Below are positions 15,144 to 24,513 of a stretch of DNA of 64,000 nt, piece by piece. The stretch's first letter is position 1. Every line of letters starts with the position of its first letter. The notes below the pieces were generated by a model that worked only from the letters and a program-made list of their open reading frames with translations, made no database searches and was not told where the DNA came from. A program made the translations under genes and the position numbers. This DNA is from a virus, in IMG/VR virus record IMGVR_UViG_3300017971_000201, positions 32,001-96,000 of that record; one strand, written 5' to 3'.

Positions 15144-15857
15144 GTGCCCAAGCTGCTCTTGACCAGCTACAAGTTCTACGACGCGATCGTGGGGCGGGTC
15201 AGCGCCGACCTGGCCGAATGGCTGCACGATCATGAGAAGAAGTGGAAGACCCAGGTTCGCTGGGATCTCCCCGACGACGACGCGAGCCGCGCCGAGGAAC
15301 TCGTGAGCGTCCTGTCGTCGCTCGCGGCCGATCCGAAGACGACCGGCAAGCGCGGGAAGGCCATCGACCGCCTGATCAGCGAGATCCGGGACGTGTACCC
15401 GGAGCCTGCGCCCGCTGCGGCGGCTGAGCCCGAGCTGGGCGAGGTGATCGAGGAGATCCTGAGCGGCAAGCGGGACGCCGGGATCCTGAGCGGCGATGGG
15501 GTCGACCCTGTCGCGCTCGATCCCGAGTCTCAGGCCCTCCTCGACGCCTCGATCGAGAACCTCCAGGCGGCCGGAATCGGCGTCGACTCGATCGAGATCC
15601 AGGCCGAGGATGGGACGACCATCCTCAAGGCCGAGGTTCCGAGCACGGCCGGCGACCAGGCGGCCTCCCAGGAGCCCGTGGAGGCGCCCCAGGCGCCCGA
15701 AGAGGTCGCGCAGGACTCGAAGGTCGAGCCGGCCGAGAAGGTCGCTCAGAAGGCCCCGCAGGCCGCTCCCGAGCCGGTCGCCCCCGCCGCGCCCCCGCCC
15801 CAGAAGCGGGCCGGCTACCTCCTCGCCGAGCTGTTCAACTCGCTCAACGGGGGTTAG
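15144..15857 (+). CDS. hypothetical acidic, Pro/Ala-rich protein
   Basis: GGGTAGAAC at 15113 and RBS upstream; coherent ORF. Confidence 0.65.
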   Translation: MPKLLLTSYKFYDAIVGRVSADLAEWLHDHEKKWKTQVRWDLPDDDASRAEELVSVLSSLAADPKTTGKRGKAIDRLISEIRDVYPEPAPAAAAEPELGEVIEEILSGKRDAGILSGDGVDPVALDPESQALLDASIENLQAAGIGVDSIEIQAEDGTTILKAEVPSTAGDQAASQEPVEAPQAPEEVAQDSKVEPAEKVAQKAPQAAPEPVAPAAPPPQKRAGYLLAELFNSLNGG

Positions 15858-15867
15858 GCGTAAACCA

Positions 15868-16443
15868 TTGATCTTCGAGAACTTGACGAGCTGGAACACC
15901 GAGGATCTGCGCCAGGTCTTGGACCTGGCGCTCTCCGTTGCCAACGACCGGGGCAAGAAGATCGTCCTCCGGGTGGACACCCCGATCGTGGCCCGCCACT
16001 ACACGGCCCGGAAGGGGCTGGTCGCGGCTACCTTCCACCGCGAGACCCGGTCGTGCATCCTCCGGCTCCGCCGGCCCGGCCGGGTGGAGGTCGAGGCCGT
16101 AGACGCGCTCGCGAGCATCGCGGACGGAGGGATCGGCCGGATGCCCCGCGCCATGGTCGAGTACATCTTCCTGGCCGGGGTTGCGCTGGCGACGGGCCGG
16201 TCCTACCGAGACGGCTGGCTCCAGTTCGCCGACCGGATCGGGCCGCCGCCTCCCGAGCTGGCCCACCTCCGGGTCCGCGCCTCGCGCACCAGACACCGGC
16301 GAGCGCCCGCGTGGCTCGGTCGCCAGCTGGAAGCGGCCGAGCGCGAGATGGCCCGCATCCACGATCGCTGGAAGAGCGAGGTCGGGTTCCAGCAGCAGAA
16401 GATCGACGCGATCAAGAAGAAGCTCGCCAGCGCCCAGGACTAA
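15868..16443 (+). CDS. hypothetical protein
   Basis: Probable TTG start at 15868; C-terminal coiled coil. Confidence 0.55.
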   Translation: MIFENLTSWNTEDLRQVLDLALSVANDRGKKIVLRVDTPIVARHYTARKGLVAATFHRETRSCILRLRRPGRVEVEAVDALASIADGGIGRMPRAMVEYIFLAGVALATGRSYRDGWLQFADRIGPPPPELAHLRVRASRTRHRRAPAWLGRQLEAAEREMARIHDRWKSEVGFQQQKIDAIKKKLASAQD

Positions 16444-16507
16444 GAGAGAACGCGAGCGCCCTCTCGAGCGCCCGCGTCCTCTGTGGGGTAAAGGTAGGTC
16501 AGTAGCC

Positions 16508-16543
16508 AAACGAGGGCGCCCCGCATACACGGGAACGCCCTCG
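16508..16543 (-). terminator. GC-rich hairpin, probable terminator between convergent operons
   Basis: Arms CGAGGGCG (16511-16518) and CGCCCTCG (16536-16543), followed by TTT on the minus strand. Confidence 0.55.
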
Positions 16544-16581
16544 TGAAAGGAGGTTCATAAAGCCGACTAGGAGGGCCGCCC

Positions 16582-17040
16582 CTAGTAGATGCCCTGGACC
16601 TTGGCGTTGGCGTTGGCTGCCGACGTGGCCGGGTGGCTGTGACGCCGGGCGGTGAGCCAGCCGTTCCAGGTCGCGCCCTCGACGGTGATGTTGCCCGCCG
16701 GGGACTTCATGTGGAGCTGGATCTGGTGCTCGCCCTGGATGAGGCGGACGGTACGCTCGAGGACGAGCGCGTCCTCCTGGTCGGCGACCGAGGGCATCGA
16801 CTTCCGCACCAGCCCATCGGTGAGCGGGGCCATGTCGATTCCGTCCACGAAGAAGGTGGCGTCGACCATGCCGTCTCCCGCGCTGTGGGACAGCGTGAGG
16901 AACGCCTTGAGGTCGATGAGCATCTCCTCTTCCTCGACGGTGAACTTGAGCGACGAGATGAGGCTCGCGCCCGTGGTGTAGTTGAACGCGGTGATGCCGG
17001 TAAGGACGACATCGGCAGTGATCGGAGCTTCGCCGAGCAT
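16582..17040 (-). CDS. hypothetical beta-rich (virion?) protein
   Basis: RBS GGGAGAG; last gene of the minus-strand module. Confidence 0.65.
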   Translation of the reverse strand: MLGEAPITADVVLTGITAFNYTTGASLISSLKFTVEEEEMLIDLKAFLTLSHSAGDGMVDATFFVDGIDMAPLTDGLVRKSMPSVADQEDALVLERTVRLIQGEHQIQLHMKSPAGNITVEGATWNGWLTARRHSHPATSAANANAKVQGIY

Positions 17041-17111
17041 GATTCTCTCCCTGTCTTCCTGTGTGCTTCTACGCTGTCGCGCGGAGGTTCAGTTCAGCTG
17101 GCCGGCCAGCC

Positions 17112-17684
17112 TTACGGCTTGCCGGTGTCGCCCTGGTTGAGGCCGAGCTTGTAGTTGGCCGTGATGACCTGGTCGTTGAGCGCGCCGCCGGAGTTGTTGT
17201 AGAGGGTCATGCGGATGAACTCGCCCTCGCGGAGTGTGATTCCGGGGAAGCTCCGCACGGAGGTCGCGACCACCGCGTGCGGCTCGCCCATCAGGTCGAG
17301 GAACGCGTCGCTCGCGGTCGGAAGCACGTCGGTGTCGAAGTTGACGATGTAGCGGATGTGCGCGATGTTCGTCGGTGCTCCCGTGGGGAACAGCGCGGTC
17401 TCCGCGCTTGCCACGGCCTTCTGGGCCGGCGGCAGCATCTTCATGATCTCGATCGTCCGGCAGTAGACGTTCGCGAGCTTCAGCGTGGCGGGCAGCTCGA
17501 CGGTGCAGTGCCCAGCGCTGTACTCGTCGCGAGCCGGCGGCGCGATCACGTGATCCGCGTTCTCCGCGTAGGGAACCGGCGCCGGATCGGTGGTCTGCGG
17601 ACGGGGAATGTCGAAGGTCGTCGCGGCAGTGTTCGGGAAGCTCGCCGTGACGGCCGTAGTCGCCTGAATCCTGGTAACGGTCAT
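17112..17684 (-). CDS. hypothetical protein, probably virion-associated
   Basis: AAGGAG RBS and its own near-consensus promoter upstream. Confidence 0.7.
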   Translation of the reverse strand: MTVTRIQATTAVTASFPNTAATTFDIPRPQTTDPAPVPYAENADHVIAPPARDEYSAGHCTVELPATLKLANVYCRTIEIMKMLPPAQKAVASAETALFPTGAPTNIAHIRYIVNFDTDVLPTASDAFLDLMGEPHAVVATSVRSFPGITLREGEFIRMTLYNNSGGALNDQVITANYKLGLNQGDTGKP

Positions 17685-17725
17685 CTCTTGCTCCTTGCGA
17701 GACGGAACCTCTACGTCAGGGTGAC

Positions 17726-17754
17726 ATTCTAGGCCCGTCGAGTTGGGGGGTCAA
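17726..17754 (-). promoter_or_regulatory. sigma70-type promoter TTGACC-N17-TAGAAT
   Basis: -35 at 17749-17754, -10 at 17726-17731, 17-nt spacer. Confidence 0.75.
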
Positions 17755-17802
17755 GCCGATTAGAACGTGTCCTTCTGTGCCTTCTGCGGGTTCTCTGCTG
17801 GT

Positions 17803-18915
17803 CTACACGGTGTACTCGAAAGCCGCAACCAGCTGACCGGCGAAGATGCTCGAGTAGGCTGCGGTCGCCCCGGAGGTACCTCCGGTAAGCGTCTCAGCAG
17901 CAGTGAACTGGCCGGATACGTCGACCACTCTCAAGAAACCGTCCTTCACAGCAGCAACAACAGCTGTCGCACCCGAGGTTTCTCCTGTGATCGTCTCCTG
18001 CTCTTGGAACGGGCCGTCGGTCACCTCACCATGATTGATCCTGGTACCGCGCCGGCCGTTGCTGTTCTCCACCGTCACAGCTACTGCGCCGTCCATGCCC
18101 GGAGTACCTAGAGTCGCCCTTGCCGCAGACGTACCGCCGAGGATTTCCTCCCCGTCCGACATATCACCTGAGAACGTGTCGCACCTGAGCGGGGCCGTCT
18201 CCTTCACGACAGCGGTCGACGACGAGGTCTGCCCGGTGACCGTCTCGTACTCCGAGAACGCTGGGATGGTCGGGTCGGCGTCGAGGTCGGCCGAAGCGCT
18301 CGACGTGCCGCCTGTGATTGTCTCCCCATCCTCGAAAGCGCCAGAGACGGCCTTCACCATGAGATAGCCCGACTCAACCTGCGTCACCTCGCCGGTGGCT
18401 GCGCTGGTGCCGCCCGTGATGTCCTCGCCGACCTGGAAGGGGCCGTCGGTGACGGTACCGTGAGACAGCTTCGTATGCTGGTCGACCACGTCCAGCTTGA
18501 TCTTCCCTGCTGGCGTGTCGACGGTGAGCTGGGTACCGCTGTCGACGCCCACGCCGGTCCCTGGAACGCCGTCGAACTTCACCACAGGGTCTTCTACGTC
18601 GAAGGCGTGCCCGTGGACGGTCACCTCGGTACCGCCAGCAGTACCGCCGCTCACGCTACCGCTGATCGAGTCGATCCTCGGCTTGGACTTGTTCTCGAAC
18701 TCGACGTTGCCGTCCTCCGAAGCCGGCATCCCGTCATCGCTCACGACGACCTCTCCGCCGCACACGTCGCACGGGAGCTTGATCGGGCTCGAGCTATTCG
18801 CGTTGTTCTTCCAGCTCTGGCAGAACCTCTCGCTGGTCAGATGCGGAGGCCGGGTCGCAGTGAGGAGCACCTTGCACCCGTAGAGACACGACAACTGGAT
18901 CTGGTCGACCGACAT
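17803..18915 (-). CDS. virion protein with IPT/TIG domain and F..GETITG.TS.A.A repeats
   Basis: N-terminal CxxC pairs; PRIDSIS..GGTAGGTEVTVHG TIG pattern; about 6 ETITGGTS repeats. Confidence 0.75.
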   Translation of the reverse strand: MSVDQIQLSCLYGCKVLLTATRPPHLTSERFCQSWKNNANSSSPIKLPCDVCGGEVVVSDDGMPASEDGNVEFENKSKPRIDSISGSVSGGTAGGTEVTVHGHAFDVEDPVVKFDGVPGTGVGVDSGTQLTVDTPAGKIKLDVVDQHTKLSHGTVTDGPFQVGEDITGGTSAATGEVTQVESGYLMVKAVSGAFEDGETITGGTSSASADLDADPTIPAFSEYETVTGQTSSSTAVVKETAPLRCDTFSGDMSDGEEILGGTSAARATLGTPGMDGAVAVTVENSNGRRGTRINHGEVTDGPFQEQETITGETSGATAVVAAVKDGFLRVVDVSGQFTAAETLTGGTSGATAAYSSIFAGQLVAAFEYTV

Positions 18916-18924
18916 CGCTACCTC

Positions 18925-20121
18925 CTAGACAGCCCGCCAAGTAGCGAGGCCGTTGACCCCAACTCTACCGGCCGCGCCAGCAGCGCCCGGGACCGCAGTC
19001 CCGCCAGACGTCCAAGCTGTGCCTCCGGCTCCACCGGTCCCGGCTGATCCTCCATTGGCGTGAACAAAGGATCCGTTCACATTCGTCGGCGTGCCCCTGT
19101 AGTAGACGTCCACCTTGCCGCCGCTCCCGCCGTTTCCACCGCCACCGCCACCGCCACCGACAGCATTGGCCGAGTCTGGACGTTGACCGGAGCCTCCTTG
19201 CGCGCCACCACCGGCGGCACCGCCGTCTGCCGAGACCCTGCCCGACCCCCCGATCGTAAGATCGCCGCCAACCCAGAGTTCAAGGAGTCCCCCGCCGGCT
19301 CCGCCAGAGCCTCCGCCTCCGCCCGAACCTGCGTTGAGCGAGGTGGGCGGCGTCGTACCGTTCGCGCCATTGCCGACGTTTGTTCCCGTCTGTTCGCTCG
19401 GGTTGAAAGTCCCGCCTGCCCCGCCGACGTAGTACCCGGCCGAGGGAAAGCCGCCTCCACCTCCACCACCTCCGGGACCGCCGGGACCGCCCTCCAAAAA
19501 CACGGCCGCCAACTTAGCAGACGCGAGATCGTCCAGCATATTGGCAAGGGCAGTGGGCAGCGTCGTGCCGACAGTGCCCTGCGAGCCCGGATTTGAGCCA
19601 TTCGATGTTGGCGGCTCAACGCCACCAGCACCGCCTGTCCCGGCGCCGGCCCCGTCCAACATGGAAGACCGACTAGAGCCATTTCCACCGGCACCGCCGT
19701 CACCGATATTCGTTACCGGCGTGCCGAAGTAGATGCTGCCACCACTACCGCCACCACTGCCGCCACTAGAGGCCGTTATTCTGTGGTAAGCGCCGCTTGA
19801 GTTCGCGCCGGGGAGGCCGTTATTACCGGGATGCGCCTGCGTGGCATCGCCACCAGTACCGCCATTGGCTCCCGGCCCGCCTCTCCCGTCAGCGTGGATC
19901 GCGCCGTTGATGGTGCAGTTCTCGCGGACACGCACCACCAGACGACGTCCAACCGCTGCGGTAATGGCGTAGGAGCCGGTCGACAGCGAATTGAAGTTCA
20001 GCTCGCCGTACTGGTCGACCATGTCCGTAACAAGCGTGACGTCCCCCAGCGAGCCGTCGCCAAAGTCGATCGGCGGGCTGATGTCAGCCTGGGTCGCAAG
20101 ATCGCCAATCCTAACTACCAT
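18925..20121 (-). CDS. glycine-rich tail/fibre-associated protein
   Basis: FGDGSLGDV start and long GGGGG tracts with I.A.GG spacers. Confidence 0.7.
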   Translation of the reverse strand: MVVRIGDLATQADISPPIDFGDGSLGDVTLVTDMVDQYGELNFNSLSTGSYAITAAVGRRLVVRVRENCTINGAIHADGRGGPGANGGTGGDATQAHPGNNGLPGANSSGAYHRITASSGGSGGGSGGSIYFGTPVTNIGDGGAGGNGSSRSSMLDGAGAGTGGAGGVEPPTSNGSNPGSQGTVGTTLPTALANMLDDLASAKLAAVFLEGGPGGPGGGGGGGGFPSAGYYVGGAGGTFNPSEQTGTNVGNGANGTTPPTSLNAGSGGGGGSGGAGGGLLELWVGGDLTIGGSGRVSADGGAAGGGAQGGSGQRPDSANAVGGGGGGGGNGGSGGKVDVYYRGTPTNVNGSFVHANGGSAGTGGAGGTAWTSGGTAVPGAAGAAGRVGVNGLATWRAV

Positions 20122-20142
20122 CTACCGCCCTCCAAGGGCTCG

Positions 20143-20733
20143 CTAGGCGTTGTACTCGTAACCGAAGTGCAGGACGTCCAGGTATTGACCGAGCAGATCA
20201 TTCACATGCCCGCCGAGCCTCTGGAATCCGAACTGGATGCGATCCCCCGCGCCGAAGGTGCCGGCAGTCAACTGCCTGATCGTCACCTTGGCGGGGCCAG
20301 TCGTGTTGTCGGCCACTGAGATGTCTGCGTCCGTCTGCGAGATCGCATTGACGGTCTTCGCCGAGACGTCGAAGACCTCGCCATCTGTTCGCAGCCTGAC
20401 CACGTTGTTCGGAGACGCAACCGCAGCTCCCGTGCGACAGAGCATGTAGATCGTGAGGTTGCCACCAACGTAGTTCCCTGGAACATCGAATTCGAAGAAC
20501 TGGCCGCTAGTAGAACCGTCTGGATAGCGCTGGGATCTGGTCCGGGTGCCCGACGTCACGGTCTGAGGCGCAGCGATTCCGCCGATGTCGTCGGTGAACT
20601 CGATCAGCCTGGAGTCCGTCGCCGTCCCACCGGACACAGAGTTCCCGGACTCGTCGGTCAGTACGTCAGCGTTCGTCAAGGGGACGGGTTCTCCGGTAAC
20701 CCGGTTCTTTCCGTAAGCAACAACGTCTGCCAT
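20143..20733 (-). CDS. hypothetical virion protein
   Basis: ATG 20733 lies 2 nt after the upstream stop; beta-sandwich-like sequence. Confidence 0.65.
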   Translation of the reverse strand: MADVVAYGKNRVTGEPVPLTNADVLTDESGNSVSGGTATDSRLIEFTDDIGGIAAPQTVTSGTRTRSQRYPDGSTSGQFFEFDVPGNYVGGNLTIYMLCRTGAAVASPNNVVRLRTDGEVFDVSAKTVNAISQTDADISVADNTTGPAKVTIRQLTAGTFGAGDRIQFGFQRLGGHVNDLLGQYLDVLHFGYEYNA

Positions 20734-20735
20734 GG

Positions 20736-22202
20736 CTAGAACACCAATCCGATGACGTGAGCGTCGAGCGTCAGGGTCGTTCCTGTCGCTCCTGTGTCGA
20801 TGCCGAGCTTGACGATCTGGCCGGCGGTGGCGATCTGGAACTTGCCTCCCGACGGGAATCGCCAAGCGTTCCCGACAGCCAGAAGGCCGGTGAGGATCTG
20901 CGAGGCGAAGATGTCATCCTCACCCGCAGCGATGCCAACGCCGGCCGTGGGCGGCGCAGTGATCGCGGTTGCTGTGGTCGGAACGAGAACGACATCGAAG
21001 ATGATCGCGGTCTTCCCTGCGGGAACGGTATACAGGCTCGTGACCGCCACTGCCTTGCCGTCGACCCCAGACACCAGCGCCAGGCGGCCGACCTGGTGAA
21101 GCGTGGCCAGGTTCCCGCTGGGATCGTGGGTCATCGTGACCCCGTCCACCTTGGTAGCGTGGCCGGTCGCGTTGACGGCCATGCCCTTGGTGCCGTCGAC
21201 CCTGGTCTTGATCCCGGCAGCCGCCACATCGATGCCGTTCGCGGTGTCCGGCTTGACCTTGAGGCCGCTCGCGTCGACATCCATGCCGAGGCTGGTGTTG
21301 ACCTTGACCTCGCCTACGCCCGCCGCGATGGCGAGGCCCTTGTCGGAGTCGGCGGTCCACTTGCCGATGGTGCCACCGCCCGAGGCTGAAGTGGCGATCG
21401 GGACCACGATGCCGATCTGGTTCCACTGGGTCGCGTCCGCGTCCCAGGCGTACTGCTCGTCCTCTGCCAGGACAAGATGCTGCTCGCCTGGCTCGAGGGT
21501 CGCGGTCGCCCGGCTGATCCCGAAGTTCCGGCTCCCAGGATCGCTCGAGGGAAGCGCGACCAGGGTCGTATTGCGGTAGTCCAGGTCGTTGGGAACCGTC
21601 CCGAAGTCGACGATCTGGCCGGCCGTCGTCGTTCCGTAGAGCCTGTCGTTGTCGCCGTCATCGGGAATGAGCTTGCGGATCAGCACCACGTCAGTGGCGA
21701 TGGCAGCCAGGTCCGTGTGAACGGCTGCCGCCCAGTACGAGGAGTCGGTCGTGATCTGCGAGGCGAGGTTCGCCAGAGAGGCGGCGGCGGAGCCGCCGAT
21801 CTGGACCTCGAACGGGAGCGTGGCCGTGGTCTTCCAGGTGAACGTCTCGGCCCCGTCTGTGTCGTTCTCGATGACGACCGTCTCGTTGTTGATCGGCAGG
21901 CCGGTGAGATAGAAGATGACGGCCGACTGGATCCCATCGTTGGCGCTGTCCAGCTGGCTCGAGCTGAGCAGGGCCTCCTTCCAGATACCGGTCGCGACAT
22001 CGTGCTTGTAGGCGACCTCCGCATCGCGGCCCGGATCGGGGAACTTGACGATCCTGTCCGCAGTGGCCGGCTCGTCCCAGTCCATGATGATCTTGCGAAC
22101 CGCCGCTGCATCTTGCAGATCGACGCTGGTCTGGAGCCTGGCGTTAGTGAGAGTCCGGTCGCTCTGGATGTCGAGGACTTGCTCAGTGGGGAAGGGCGGC
22201 AT
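20736..22202 (-). CDS. tail fibre-like protein
   Basis: Adenovirus/reovirus-shaft-like repeats (GLAIAAG.GEVKV, GMDVDASGLKVK, GIDVAAAGIKT); RBS; TATAAT at 22229-22234. Confidence 0.65.
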   Translation of the reverse strand: MPPFPTEQVLDIQSDRTLTNARLQTSVDLQDAAAVRKIIMDWDEPATADRIVKFPDPGRDAEVAYKHDVATGIWKEALLSSSQLDSANDGIQSAVIFYLTGLPINNETVVIENDTDGAETFTWKTTATLPFEVQIGGSAAASLANLASQITTDSSYWAAAVHTDLAAIATDVVLIRKLIPDDGDNDRLYGTTTAGQIVDFGTVPNDLDYRNTTLVALPSSDPGSRNFGISRATATLEPGEQHLVLAEDEQYAWDADATQWNQIGIVVPIATSASGGGTIGKWTADSDKGLAIAAGVGEVKVNTSLGMDVDASGLKVKPDTANGIDVAAAGIKTRVDGTKGMAVNATGHATKVDGVTMTHDPSGNLATLHQVGRLALVSGVDGKAVAVTSLYTVPAGKTAIIFDVVLVPTTATAITAPPTAGVGIAAGEDDIFASQILTGLLAVGNAWRFPSGGKFQIATAGQIVKLGIDTGATGTTLTLDAHVIGLVF

Positions 22203-22273
22203 CGCGTCTCCTCTTCCTACGAACCGGCATTATACAAAGCCGTCTGCCGAGCGCCTTTCCGTCAACCGAAGAG

Positions 22274-23158
22274 CTACAGCCAGTGCTCGTCCACCCAGTC
22301 GAGCGTCGGCCTCAGATCGAGATCATCGGCCTCCGCCAGCAGCTCGTCGATCTTCCCGGTCTCGTCCAGGTCCACCGGCTTCTGGAGCTGGGGTTGGATC
22401 CGGCGGAACCTGTCCCCCAGGATCCGCTCGGCCGACGTCGTGGCGGCCATGACCGGCGCGTCGAACACAGCCGGCATCAGGAGCCCAGGATCGAGCGCCC
22501 ACTGGTAGATCCCCCAGTCCATCCCGTCGGCTGCTTGGATCGCCGGCCTGAAGGCCCCGGTGCCCAGCGAGAGCATCACGACACTGTCGAGCCGGAGGCC
22601 CTTGATCTGGGTCTCCGTGATCGCGAACGGGGCTGGGTTGTTCGCGAACAGACCCCCATCGGCGTAGCAGCAGCCGTCGGGGCCGGTGAAGCCTGGGAGG
22701 TAGGTCGGGGCCGCCGCCGAAGCGAGCCCGACCTCCCATAGGGTCCAGCTGTCGTCATCCTTGTTGAAGAACTTGGGCCGCCACCTGGAGATGTTCAGCG
22801 CCGGAACGAGGATGTCCGCGCCGAGATCGCCGACGAGGGTGTCCCCGTATGAGCCCTTGAGCGCCCTCTTCAGCGGCTCAGCGGCGTAGTCGGCCCGCCG
22901 CAGCTCGTCGAGCGCGAACCGGTCCCAGAAGTCACGGTGCGAGAAGATGTGAGGCCCAGTGTCCTCGTACAGCTCGACGATGTCGTGAGCCGACAGGCCC
23001 TTTGCGAGCGCGAGCGCGAGGATCGAGCCTGTGGACGTGCCCGCGAACATGTCGGTCTTGGCAGCGAAGCCGGGACGAGCTTCGCCCAACCGCTCCACGA
23101 TCCGAGCGGAGAGGATGCCGCGAATGCCGCCACCATCGAAGCTGAGGATCCTATACAT
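22274..23158 (-). CDS. patatin-like phospholipase
   Basis: DGGGIRG, GTSTG nucleophile elbow, SAAAPTY and DGGLFANNP motifs. Confidence 0.92.
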   Translation of the reverse strand: MYRILSFDGGGIRGILSARIVERLGEARPGFAAKTDMFAGTSTGSILALALAKGLSAHDIVELYEDTGPHIFSHRDFWDRFALDELRRADYAAEPLKRALKGSYGDTLVGDLGADILVPALNISRWRPKFFNKDDDSWTLWEVGLASAAAPTYLPGFTGPDGCCYADGGLFANNPAPFAITETQIKGLRLDSVVMLSLGTGAFRPAIQAADGMDWGIYQWALDPGLLMPAVFDAPVMAATTSAERILGDRFRRIQPQLQKPVDLDETGKIDELLAEADDLDLRPTLDWVDEHWL

Positions 23159-23165
23159 CTGACTC

Positions 23166-24509
23166 CTACAAGGTGATGTTGTGGGCGACATCGTTGCCTG
23201 TACCGACGCTAATCTCAGTCGTGTGACCGGAGACTACGTTACCGACGCACGTGCAGTTGGTGGCCCCGGAGAGATCGATCCCCTTACCCGCTGCGCTGTT
23301 GTTCTTCACCTTGTTGTTGCTCACGACAGACCGATCGTCGGCAACGATCCCGTGCCCTCCGTTGTTCTCGACGCGATTGCCCTCGATCACGCAGTCGGGG
23401 TCATTGCCACACTGGATCCCAACACCCGTGTTCCCGATCACCTGGTTGTTCGCGAGCACGCCATCGTCGCCGCCCTGGATCCCGACACCTCCGTTCTCGC
23501 CGATCAGGCAGCCCTCGACGAGGTTGTACTGGCCGTCGTAGTCGATGCCGTCGCCACCGTTACGGCAGATCATCCCGGAAGCGATCAGGGTGGCCTTCGT
23601 GCCCGGCTCTGTGTTCGCCCCCTTGCCGTTGTTGTCACAGAACTGGCTGTCGGTGACGTTCGTCGCCTCGGTGGCCCCGTCGACCATCAGGCCGTCGCCA
23701 CCGTTCTGGACCGCGACACACTCGGCGAAGATGCACTTCTCACAGCCCGTGAGCTGGAACCCGTGGGACACACTGTTCTGCGCGTATCCCGCCTGAAGCT
23801 CGATCATCGTGCACGAGGTCAGCTTGACGCCGACACCGCCGACGTCCTCAGCACCACCGCCCAGCAGGAACGCGGCAGTGCAGTCGACCAGCTCTAACCC
23901 GTGCGACCCGTGCTTCTTGCTGACGATCTTCTCCAGCACAGCGTGCTGAATACCCCGCAGGTAGATGCCGACGCCGAGACCACCGACGACGATCAGGCTG
24001 CTGATCGTGAGACCGGCAAACATACCGCGAGCCTCGTAGGCGATCCCAGAGATTGCCCTGCCTCTGAAGGTCGACTGGAGTTCGAGGTGCGTGTCGTCGG
24101 TGATCGAGGCCACCAGATGGTACGCGGCGTGTAGCCGGATGAAGACGTAGTTCGTGCTGGGATCCGGGAGACTGGTGAAGCTCGTCCCGACACCGGTCAC
24201 CGTGGTCGATCCATTCGGGACCGAGACAGTGCCCGCCGTCTCCTTCGCCGCTCCGGCGTCGGCCTTGATCTGCGACGCGGTGCCGGCGAAGTAGATCAGC
24301 GTCTCGCCAGCCGTCTCCCCCTGGAGCACACCGCCTGAAGGCATGACGATGTCCGACGTCTCGACGTACGTGCCATTCTTGACGAAGACCGTTCGATTCC
24401 CCTCGGCGAACGCCTCGGCGATGCTCTCGTAGTCTCCCCTTCCATCCTTGGCAACAGTTGCATCGAACTGCCTGGTGGCCGGATGGTCCTTAACTGCTAC
24501 GCCGGTCAT
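23166..24509 (-). CDS. right-handed beta-helix (pectate-lyase-like) tail spike
   Basis: VAKDGRGDYESIAEA...VFVKNGTY start followed by many N.G.GI repeats. Confidence 0.8.
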   Translation of the reverse strand: MTGVAVKDHPATRQFDATVAKDGRGDYESIAEAFAEGNRTVFVKNGTYVETSDIVMPSGGVLQGETAGETLIYFAGTASQIKADAGAAKETAGTVSVPNGSTTVTGVGTSFTSLPDPSTNYVFIRLHAAYHLVASITDDTHLELQSTFRGRAISGIAYEARGMFAGLTISSLIVVGGLGVGIYLRGIQHAVLEKIVSKKHGSHGLELVDCTAAFLLGGGAEDVGGVGVKLTSCTMIELQAGYAQNSVSHGFQLTGCEKCIFAECVAVQNGGDGLMVDGATEATNVTDSQFCDNNGKGANTEPGTKATLIASGMICRNGGDGIDYDGQYNLVEGCLIGENGGVGIQGGDDGVLANNQVIGNTGVGIQCGNDPDCVIEGNRVENNGGHGIVADDRSVVSNNKVKNNSAAGKGIDLSGATNCTCVGNVVSGHTTEISVGTGNDVAHNITL

Positions 24510-24513
24510 GAAA

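Noticed and set aside
22274-23158. CBASS system (CapV-like patatin)
   Set aside because: No CD-NTase or Cap2/Cap3 gene nearby; the context is tail fibres.
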